Source of the DNA: Pseudomonadota bacterium
GTDB taxonomy: Bacteria; Pseudomonadota; Alphaproteobacteria; Caulobacterales; Caulobacteraceae
DNA: 64,000 nucleotides
Assembly: GCA_018241995.1 (NCBI GenBank)
Contig: JAFECT010000010.1
Span: 25,384-89,383, forward strand
Direction: 5' to 3'
The notes under the pieces are model-generated. The model saw nothing but the letters and a program-made list of their open reading frames with translations, was not told the origin of the DNA and searched no databases. The first letter of the stretch is position 1; each line of letters begins with the position of its first letter. Shown one piece after another: positions 55,803 through 64,000 of this stretch. A program made the translations under genes and the position numbers.

Positions 55803-58688
55803 ATGACCAGCCGTCGCCTCCTGCCGCCGCTCGCCGCGGTCGCCTGCCTTGCGTTCGCCGCCGGGGCGCCTGCCGCCGTCTGGGCCCAAGCGGCGCCGGC
55901 CCATGACTTCCCCCAGGCCCATTCCGACCTGCCGGCCGATCCGGCCGTGCGCTACGGCGTGCTGCCCAACGGCATGCGCTACGCGATCATGAAGAACGCC
56001 TCCCCGACCGGCCAGGCCTCGATCCGCCTGCGCTTCGCCTCGGGTTCGCTGGAGGAAAGCGACGCGCAGCAGGGCCTGGCCCACTTCCTCGAACACATGG
56101 CCTTCAAGGGCTCCAAGCACGTGCCCGAAGGCGAGATGATCAAGATCCTGGAGCGCAAGGGCCTGGCCTTCGGCCCGGACACCAACGCCTCCACCAGCTT
56201 CGATCAGACCATCTACATGCTCGACCTGCCGGAGACCGACGCGGACACGGTCGACACCGGCCTGATGCTGATGCGCGAGACCGCATCGGAACTGACCCTG
56301 ACCCAGTCGGCCATGGACCCCGAGCGCGGCGTGGTGCTGTCGGAAGAGCGCCTGCGCTCCACGCCAGCCTATCGCGCCGGCAAGAAGCAGATCGACTTCC
56401 TGCTGCAGGGCCAGCTGGTCCCCAACCGCTTCCCCATCGGCGACGTGAAGGTGCTGCAGACCGCGCCGGTGTCGCAAATCCGCGCCTACTACGAAGCCAA
56501 CTATCGTCCCGACCGCGCCGTGCTGGTGGTGGTCGGCGACATCGATCCGGATCAGATCGAAGCCAAGATCAAGGCCAAGTTCTCGGACTGGAAGCCGGTC
56601 GGCAAGGAGACCGCCGAGCCCAATCTCGGGACCGTCGCCACCCGCGGGCCGCAGACCAATCTGGTGGTCGAGACCGGCGTCTCCAACGACATCGAGATCC
56701 AGTGGGTTAAGCCCTACGTCGAGGAGCCCGACACCGTGGCCCGCCGCCAGAAAGATCTGGTCCGCGCGCTGGGCTTCGCGGTGCTGAACCGCAGGCTCGA
56801 GAAGCTCGGCCGCGCCGAACACCCGCCGTACCTGTCCGCCTCCGCCGGCAGCCAGCGCTTCCTGAAGTCGGCGCAGGTCACCGCGCTGAACGTCGAGTCC
56901 CAGCCGGGCGCCTGGGCGCCGGCGCTTGACGCCGTGGTGCTCGAGCAGCGCCGCATCCTGCAGTACGGCGTGCGCCCCGACGAGCTGCAGCGCGAGATCA
57001 CCGAGACCCGCACCGCGCTGCAGAACGCGGTCGCCGCCGCCTCGACGCGCCGCACGCCGCAGCTCGCCAACACAATCGCGGGCAGCATCGGCGAAGACCG
57101 CGTCTTCACCACGCCGGAAGAATCGCTGGCGGTGTTCGAGGGCGCCGTGAAAGGTCTCGATCCCAAGGCCGTCGACGCCGCCCTGCGCGATGCCTTCCAG
57201 GGCAATGGCCCACTGCTGTCGGTGACTAGCCCCACTCCGGTCGAGGGCGGCCAGGCGGCCGTCGAGGCCGAGTTCGCCAAGGCCCGCGCCATGCCGGTCA
57301 GCGAAGGCGCCGCCGAGGCCGCCAAGACCTGGCCCTACACCAACTTCGGTCCCGCCGGTCAGGTGGTCGAGCGCAAGGAGGTCAAGGACCTGGGGGTCAC
57401 CTTCGTCCGCTTCGCCAACGGCGTGCGCCTGACCGTCAAGCCGACCCAGTTCCGCAAGGATCAGATCCTGGTCAGCGTGCATATCGCCGATGGCCGCCTG
57501 GACCTGCCGCGCGATCATGCGAGCCCGCTTTGGGCCACCAGCGCCTTCATCCAGGGCGGGTTGAAGGGCCTCAGCCAGGACGAGATCGAGCGCGTGCTTG
57601 CTTCGCGCACCTATAGCGCCGGGCTGGCGGTCGGCGACGACGCCTTCGTCCTGGGCGGGCGCACCAAGCCGGCCGACCTCGATCTGCAGATGCAGGTCCT
57701 GACCGCGCACCTGACCCAGCCCGGCTGGCGCCCGGCCGCCTATGACCGCATCAAATCGGCGACCGTCGTGGCGCTCGACCAGATCGAGGCGACCAGCCAG
57801 GGCGTTCTGGCCGAAACCCTGCAGACCGCCATCCACCCCGGCGATCCTCGGTTCACGCAACTGCCCACCCGTGAAGAGGCCAAGGCCGGCACGCTGGATC
57901 AGCTCAAGGCCATGCTCAGCGGCCCGCTCGCCACCGGCCCGATCGAGATCGACGTCATCGGCGATGTGACCGTCGACCAGGCGGTAGCCAGTGTGGCCTC
58001 CACCTTCGCCGCCCTGCCCAAGCGCGCGGCGGCGGGCCCCGAGCCCAAGGGCGCTAAGACGACCACTTTGCCGCGCCCGACCCCGGTCGGCCAACCGCTG
58101 AAGGCCTATCACCACGGCCGCCAGGACCAGGCCGTGGCCTTCGTCGCCTGGCCGACAGCCGACACCCTGTCCGATCCGCACCGCACCCGGGTGCTGGCCC
58201 TGACCGGCCGCATCCTGGGCCGACGCCTGATCGACCAGGTGCGTATCGCTGAGGGCGCCACCTATTCGCCTTCGGCCGGTTCGTCCTCGTCCACGACCTT
58301 CCCCGGTTACGGCCTGATGACGGCCCTGGTCGAAACCCCGCCGGCCAAGATCGACACCTTCTTCGCCGACGTGGACAAGATAGCCTCCGACATGGCCAAG
58401 ACCGGCGTCACCGCCGATGAGATGGACCGCGCCCGCAAGCCCGACGTCGAGTCGATCGGCAAGCGCCGCCAGACCAACGAGTACTGGCTAGGGGCCCTCG
58501 CCGGCGCCCAGACCGACCCGCGCAAGCTCGACTATGTCCGCACCGACACCTCCGACCTGGAGTCGGTGACGGCCGAGGAGGTGCGCAAGGCGGCGGCGAC
58601 CTACCTGCAGCCGTCGCGCGCCATGCGCGTCGAGGTCCTGCCCGCCCCGGCGCCGGCCGCCGCTCCGGCGCCCGCCAAGCCGAACTGA
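55803..58688 (+). CDS. M16 (pitrilysin/insulinase) family zinc metallopeptidase, secreted, with two fused M16 halves
   Basis: 961 aa with a signal peptide ending AAVWAQ-A. The inverted zinc motif HxxEH occurs in LAHFLEHMAFKGS. The second half resembles the inactive M16 domains. Confidence 0.88.
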   Translation: MTSRRLLPPLAAVACLAFAAGAPAAVWAQAAPAHDFPQAHSDLPADPAVRYGVLPNGMRYAIMKNASPTGQASIRLRFASGSLEESDAQQGLAHFLEHMAFKGSKHVPEGEMIKILERKGLAFGPDTNASTSFDQTIYMLDLPETDADTVDTGLMLMRETASELTLTQSAMDPERGVVLSEERLRSTPAYRAGKKQIDFLLQGQLVPNRFPIGDVKVLQTAPVSQIRAYYEANYRPDRAVLVVVGDIDPDQIEAKIKAKFSDWKPVGKETAEPNLGTVATRGPQTNLVVETGVSNDIEIQWVKPYVEEPDTVARRQKDLVRALGFAVLNRRLEKLGRAEHPPYLSASAGSQRFLKSAQVTALNVESQPGAWAPALDAVVLEQRRILQYGVRPDELQREITETRTALQNAVAAASTRRTPQLANTIAGSIGEDRVFTTPEESLAVFEGAVKGLDPKAVDAALRDAFQGNGPLLSVTSPTPVEGGQAAVEAEFAKARAMPVSEGAAEAAKTWPYTNFGPAGQVVERKEVKDLGVTFVRFANGVRLTVKPTQFRKDQILVSVHIADGRLDLPRDHASPLWATSAFIQGGLKGLSQDEIERVLASRTYSAGLAVGDDAFVLGGRTKPADLDLQMQVLTAHLTQPGWRPAAYDRIKSATVVALDQIEATSQGVLAETLQTAIHPGDPRFTQLPTREEAKAGTLDQLKAMLSGPLATGPIEIDVIGDVTVDQAVASVASTFAALPKRAAAGPEPKGAKTTTLPRPTPVGQPLKAYHHGRQDQAVAFVAWPTADTLSDPHRTRVLALTGRILGRRLIDQVRIAEGATYSPSAGSSSSTTFPGYGLMTALVETPPAKIDTFFADVDKIASDMAKTGVTADEMDRARKPDVESIGKRRQTNEYWLGALAGAQTDPRKLDYVRTDTSDLESVTAEEVRKAAATYLQPSRAMRVEVLPAPAPAAAPAPAKPN

Positions 58689-58714
58689 GCCCACAGCCTG
58701 CGATAAATCGTTCG

Positions 58715-58745
58715 GCGCCCACGCTTTTCTTGAGCGTGGGCGTTG
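58715..58745 (+). terminator. Candidate terminator after the M16 peptidase gene
   Basis: CGCCCACGC-ttttcttga-GCGTGGGCG forms a 9-bp stem. It is followed only by TT, so this is a weak terminator call. Confidence 0.4.
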
Positions 58746-58795
58746 GCGCTCGCGCTGGGCGTGTTACAGCAGAGGCCTGAGCGTTTGGGGGCGCA

Positions 58796-59431
58796 ATGGC
58801 GAGTGGGACGGCGGCGGCGAAGGCTGCGGCGGCGACCGACAGTGTCGCGGCCGCCCACGCGCGCCTGCTGCATGACAAGTCGCTGCAGTTCGATTTCCCC
58901 TCCGCCAAGCTGACCATCGAGCCGGTCCGCCATCACGGCGGCTTCCTGCTCAGCGGGGCCCTGGCGCCCATCGCCCAGACCGTGTTTTGGGGCGGGGTCA
59001 TCGTCATCGTCGGCCTGCTGCTTTTCTACATCGGCCGCGAGGTGACCTACACCCGCTGGCCGAGCCTGAAGCGCAAGACAAAGGCGACCGAGGAGCAGGG
59101 CTGGCGCCCGACCGAGGCCCAGGCCCGGGCCCTGCTGGAAGACGCCGACCGGCTGGCGCGCGAAGGCCGCTTCGCCGAGGCGGTGCGCCTGATCCTGTTC
59201 CGCAGCATCCAGGACATCCAGAGCCGCCGCCCGCACGTGATCCGTCCGGCGCTGACCAGCCGGGACATCGCCCGCGACGGCGACCTGCCCGACAGCGCGC
59301 GGGAGGCCTTCTCCGGCATCGCCGCGGCGGTCGAGCACAGCCACTTCGCCGGCCATGACGTCGACGCCGACGGCTACGCCGAGTGCCGGCGCGCTTACGA
59401 AGCCTTCGCCTTCCCCGCGGTGTGGGCATGA
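58796..59431 (+). CDS. DUF4129-like membrane protein
   Basis: 211 aa with one TM segment (VFWGGVIVIVGLLLFYI). The C-terminal helical domain reads EAQARALLEDADRLAREGRFAEAVRLILFRSIQ...LTSRDIA...HSHFAG, which fits the DUF4129 pattern. Its stop overlaps the next start (ATGA). Confidence 0.6.
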   Translation: MASGTAAAKAAAATDSVAAAHARLLHDKSLQFDFPSAKLTIEPVRHHGGFLLSGALAPIAQTVFWGGVIVIVGLLLFYIGREVTYTRWPSLKRKTKATEEQGWRPTEAQARALLEDADRLAREGRFAEAVRLILFRSIQDIQSRRPHVIRPALTSRDIARDGDLPDSAREAFSGIAAAVEHSHFAGHDVDADGYAECRRAYEAFAFPAVWA

Positions 59432-60754
59432 GCGAGTCCGTAACGGAAGAAGCGCCCACACCCGCCGAGAACCTGTTCTCGATCAGGACCATCGCGATCC
59501 TGCTTGCGGTCGGGGTGTTCTGCGCCTCGGCCTTTGCTGTGCTGTCGGCCTATGCGCCGGACCTGAAGAGCGGCTCCGACGGGGGCGGGCATGCGCTGTC
59601 GGAATCAGCGATCGGCTACGCGGGCCTGACCCGCTTCCTGAAGGATGCAGGCGACCCCGTCCTGATCAGCCGCGGCCCCGCGCACGCCTCGGTCGATGCG
59701 CCCGGCGTTCTGATCCTGACGCCCGGCTTCGACACCGATCCGGAACTGGTGGCCAAGACCGGCTTCGATGGTCCGACCCTGGTGGTGCTGCCCAAGTGGG
59801 TGGTGGAAGCCCATCCCAAGCATCGCGGCTGGGTGCGGCGGCTGGCGGCGGCCAGGGGCGAGGCCGTCACCACGCCGCTCACCGCCATCAAGGGCTCTCC
59901 GGCCAAGGACGCGAGCCCGGCGCCGGCGTCTGACACCTCCGACGATCAGACCGACGAGGCCGAGGCCTCCCCGACGATTCTGGTGCCGTCCCTGGCGCGG
60001 CGCAGCGGCGCCTCTCAACCGGTTCTGAGCGGCAGCGGCGAGCTGTTCGGCGAGGACGTGCGCTTGCCGCTCGGCCGCATCGACGCCCTGCAGACCCTGT
60101 CCGGCCGCGGCTGGATCCCGATCCTGACCGACGAGCAGGGGCGCGCGGTCTTTGCTCGGCGTGACGGGACCAACCTCTATGTGCTGAGCGACCCCGATAT
60201 CCTGGACACCCAGGGTCTGAAGAGCCTGGAGAACGCGCGCGCCGCCTCCGCCATCGTCGAGGCCCTGCGCGACGGTTCCGGTCCGGTGATCGTCGACGTG
60301 ACCCTGCACGGCTTCTCGCGTGGCCGGGTGTTCCTGAAGCTGGCGATGGAGCCGCCGTTCCTGGGCCTGACCTTGTGCCTCTTGGCCGTCGCCGCCCTCA
60401 TGGGCTGGCACGCCTTCACCCGCTTCGGCGCGCCGCCCCCGCCCGCGCGCGCCTTCGCGCTCGGCAAGCGGGCCCTGGCCGACAATTCCGCCGCCCTGAT
60501 CCGCCTGGCCAAGCGCGAACCGGCGATGGGCGCGGGCTATGCGGCGCTGGAGCGCAATACCGTCGTTCGCCTGATCGGCGCCCCCCGCAACCTTTCGCCC
60601 GAAGAACTCGACGCCCTGCTCGACCGCATCGCCGAGACCAAGGGCGTGGAAGGCCGGATCACCCAACTGACCACCGAGGCCGCCGTCGCGTCGGATATCG
60701 ACGCCCTGATGCGCGTGGCCGCGAAACTGCATCGCTGGAGACTGGAGATGACGC

Positions 60755-60768
<14 letters not shown>
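59428..60768 (+). CDS. DUF4350-like membrane-anchored protein
   Basis: The start MSESVTEE is at 59428. It has an N-terminal TM segment, a large extracytoplasmic domain ([19 protein letters not shown]), and a second TM segment near residue 315. It is 446 aa long. The family call is from memory of this conserved gene neighbourhood. Confidence 0.55.
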
Positions 60769-61711
<943 letters not shown>

Positions 61712-61736
61712 TCCGGATACGGACGGAGCCGTTGCC

Positions 61737-63050
61737 TTGATCTACCCCACCCGCCGCGCGATCCTGCTGGCCGCCCTGGGCATGCCTCTGGCCCTGGGGC
61801 TGGGTCTGCTCGCGCCCGGCTGGTGGCTGGCCGGCGTGGCCTGGGCCTTGTTCTCCCTGGTGCTGGTGCTGGCCGACGCCTTCCTGGGCAAGGACAGGCA
61901 CCGGCTGGAGGTGCAGACGGTGGCGCCGGGCGTGATCGGCGCGGGCCGTTCGGCCGAGGTCCTGTTCAAGCTGGCCTTCGCCGGCCGCGGCGCGCCGAGC
62001 CGCATCGAACTGGCGCTGGACGCCGACGCGCGCCTGGGGGCCTCGCCTCGGCGGCGGGGGACTCAACTCAGGCAGGGCTCCGGCCTGGCCAGCTTCACCC
62101 TGAGGCCGGAGCGCCGCGGCGAACGACTGATGCAGCGCTTGTGGCTGCGCTGGCGCGGGCCGCTGGGCCTGGCCTGGAAGCAGCGCGTCGACACGCTCGA
62201 CCGCGTCGTGCGCGTGACGCCGGACGTGCAGGGCGTGAAGGACGAGGCCATCCGCATGTATTCGCGCGACGCCTCCTTCGGCATGCGTTCCCAGCGCGAG
62301 CAGGGCGAGGGCGCCGAGTTCCAGGCCCTGCGCGAATTCCAGACCGGCATGGACCCGCGCACCATCGACTGGAAGCAGTCGGCGCGGCACGCCATGCTGC
62401 TGGCCAAGGAGTTCCGCACCGAGCGGAACCATCCCATCGTCTTCGCCATCGAATCCGGCCGGCTGATGTGTGAGCCGCTGGCGGGCCTGCCGCGGGTCGA
62501 CCATGCGCTGAACAGCGCCCTGCTTTTGGCCTATGTGGCCCTGAAGACCGGCGACCGGGTCGGGGTCTTCGCCTTCGACGCCAAGCCTCGGCTGATGACC
62601 GGCACGGTTTCGGGCGTCGCCGCCTTCTCCGCCCTGCAGCGCATGGCGGCGGCCATCGACTACTCGATGGAGGAGGCCAACTACACCCTGGGCCTGACCC
62701 ACCTTTCCGGCGCGCTGGAACGGCGCTCGCTGGTGGTGGTGTTCACCGACTTCGCCGACTCCACCTCGGCGGAGCTGATGATCGAGAACGTCACCCGCCT
62801 CTTGAAGCGGCATCTGGTGCTGTTCGTGGTGTTCCGCGACGAGCAGCTGGAGAACCTGACCGACGCCGAGCCCGAGACCGGCGACGACATCTCGCGCGCG
62901 GTGATCGCCGACGCCCTGCTGCGTGAGCGCGAGGTCGTGATCGCGCGCCTGCGGCGTCTGGGCGTGCAGATCGTCGACGCCCCCGCGCACCGCCTGGGGC
63001 CGGAGCTGCTGAGCCGCTACCTCGACCTGAAGCGGAGGGACATGCTGTGA
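61737..63050 (+). CDS. DUF58 domain protein (VWA-like partner of MoxR)
   Basis: 437 aa from the TTG at 61737, though the start is uncertain. It has two N-terminal TM helices, the DUF58 signature [24 protein letters not shown], and a VWA-like region VFTDFADS. Confidence 0.85.
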   Translation: MIYPTRRAILLAALGMPLALGLGLLAPGWWLAGVAWALFSLVLVLADAFLGKDRHRLEVQTVAPGVIGAGRSAEVLFKLAFAGRGAPSRIELALDADARLGASPRRRGTQLRQGSGLASFTLRPERRGERLMQRLWLRWRGPLGLAWKQRVDTLDRVVRVTPDVQGVKDEAIRMYSRDASFGMRSQREQGEGAEFQALREFQTGMDPRTIDWKQSARHAMLLAKEFRTERNHPIVFAIESGRLMCEPLAGLPRVDHALNSALLLAYVALKTGDRVGVFAFDAKPRLMTGTVSGVAAFSALQRMAAAIDYSMEEANYTLGLTHLSGALERRSLVVVFTDFADSTSAELMIENVTRLLKRHLVLFVVFRDEQLENLTDAEPETGDDISRAVIADALLREREVVIARLRRLGVQIVDAPAHRLGPELLSRYLDLKRRDML

Positions 63051-64000
63051 GCCTCGCCTCCGAAGAGCTGCACCTCAAGAGCTCACGGTTCCGCGCCGAG
63101 CGCGAGGATGACTGGAAGCGGCTGGAGCGGCTGCTGGCCCGCGTCGAGCGCGGCTCGCTGCGCAGCTTGTCGGCCGACGAGATCGTCAGCCTGACCGTGC
63201 TCTACCGCGCGACCCTGTCGTCCCTGTCGGTGGCCCGCGCCACCTCGCTGGACCGAGCGGTGGTGGAGTACCTGGAGAGCCTGTCGACCCGCGCCTATTT
63301 CTTTGTCTACGGCGCGCGCACCGGCTTCCTCAGCCGGCTGGCGCGCTTCTTCGCCGTGGATTGGCCGCTGGCAGTGCAGGGCCTGTGGCGCGAGAGCCTG
63401 GTGGCGCTGCTGATCACCATCTTGGGGGCGGTCGCGGCCTATCAGCTCGTAAGCCACGATCCCGATTGGTACTACGCTTTCATCCCGCGCGACCTGGCCA
63501 GCGGGCGCGACCCGGCCGCCAGCTTGGCGGCGCTCCGGCGTTCGCTCTATGGGACGCCCGATTTCAATTCGGTGCTTTCCACCGTGGCGGCGGAGCTGTT
63601 CAACCACAACGCCCGCATCGCCATCTTCGCCTTCGCCCTGGGCTTCGCCTTCGGCGTACCGACGGTGATGCTGCTGCTCTACAACGGCTGCATGCTGGGG
63701 GCCTTTCTGGCGCTCTACTTCACCCATGGCCTGGGGTTCGAGGTGGTGGGCTGGCTGTTCATCCACGGCGTCACCGAACTCTCCGCCATCATCCTGGCGG
63801 GCGCGGCGGGGCTGAAGATCGGCTGGACCCTGGCCTTCCCGGGCGCCCGCTCACGCGCCGACGCCGCAGGCGCGGCCGGACGCGAGGCGGCTCTGGTCAT
63901 GTGCGGTGCGGTGATCATGCTGTTCTTCGCCGGCATCCTGGAAAGCTTCGCCCGCACCCTGATCACCAACGACTGGGCGCGCTATGCCGTGGCCTCGCTG
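63047..64000 (+). CDS. SpoIIM-like (DUF95) integral membrane protein, partial (continues beyond the window)
   Basis: Not in the ORF track because it has no stop in the window. The GTG at 63047 overlaps the DUF58 stop (GTGA). I translated 318 codons without a stop. Motifs NNARIAIFAFALGFAFGVPT..YNGCMLG and IHGVTELSAIILAGAAG fit the SpoIIM/DUF95 pattern. Confidence 0.7.
   Translation, partial: MSLASEELHLKSSRFRAEREDDWKRLERLLARVERGSLRSLSADEIVSLTVLYRATLSSLSVARATSLDRAVVEYLESLSTRAYFFVYGARTGFLSRLARFFAVDWPLAVQGLWRESLVALLITILGAVAAYQLVSHDPDWYYAFIPRDLASGRDPAASLAALRRSLYGTPDFNSVLSTVAAELFNHNARIAIFAFALGFAFGVPTVMLLLYNGCMLGAFLALYFTHGLGFEVVGWLFIHGVTELSAIILAGAAGLKIGWTLAFPGARSRADAAGAAGREAALVMCGAVIMLFFAGILESFARTLITNDWARYAVASL

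Overview
This is a very GC-rich alphaproteobacterial chromosome segment whose gene order looks Caulobacterales-like. I call about 60 protein-coding genes, nearly all recognisable from sequence motifs, and I found no rRNA, tRNA, CRISPR array, IS/transposase or phage gene. All homology calls come from motif recognition by eye, with no database search. Left to right the window holds: rph (partial), hrcA-grpE, a lipidated subtilisin-type autotransporter, a Tat-exported dienelactone hydrolase, alkB, dnaK-dnaJ, two tandem paralogous secreted proteins, GST, dapB, dut-coaBC, ubiE-ubiB, ald with a divergent Lrp-type regulator, a small Cys-rich repeat protein, and an FMN oxidase + aldehyde dehydrogenase pair. 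Next come an alpha-2-macroglobulin/pbpC pair, an MFS transporter, the complete general stress response core (phyR | nepR-ecfG-phyK), eda, an operon of three acyl-CoA dehydrogenases plus a quinone oxidoreductase, a PAS hybrid kinase, a hydroxyproline catabolic cluster with peptidases, and a GTP-cyclohydrolase-II-like + DUF1688 + upp cluster (URC-type uracil catabolism). The window ends with an M16 peptidase and a DUF4129-DUF4350-MoxR-DUF58-SpoIIM-like cluster that runs off the right edge. The most interesting items are these. (1) Three perfect GGAAC-N16-CGTT EcfG promoters, one of which drives a 46-codon entericidin-like lipoprotein ORF absent from the ORF track. (2) The bacterial URC1/URC4/upp cluster, interrupted by a roughly 190-bp nested palindromic element. 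(3) The uncharacterised MoxR-centred five-gene membrane cluster. (4) A second, unrelated roughly 170-bp palindromic MITE-like element. (5) A secreted protein built from two 4-Cys repeats behind a near-consensus EcfG promoter. The many long antisense ORFs in the track are GC-driven shadow ORFs.
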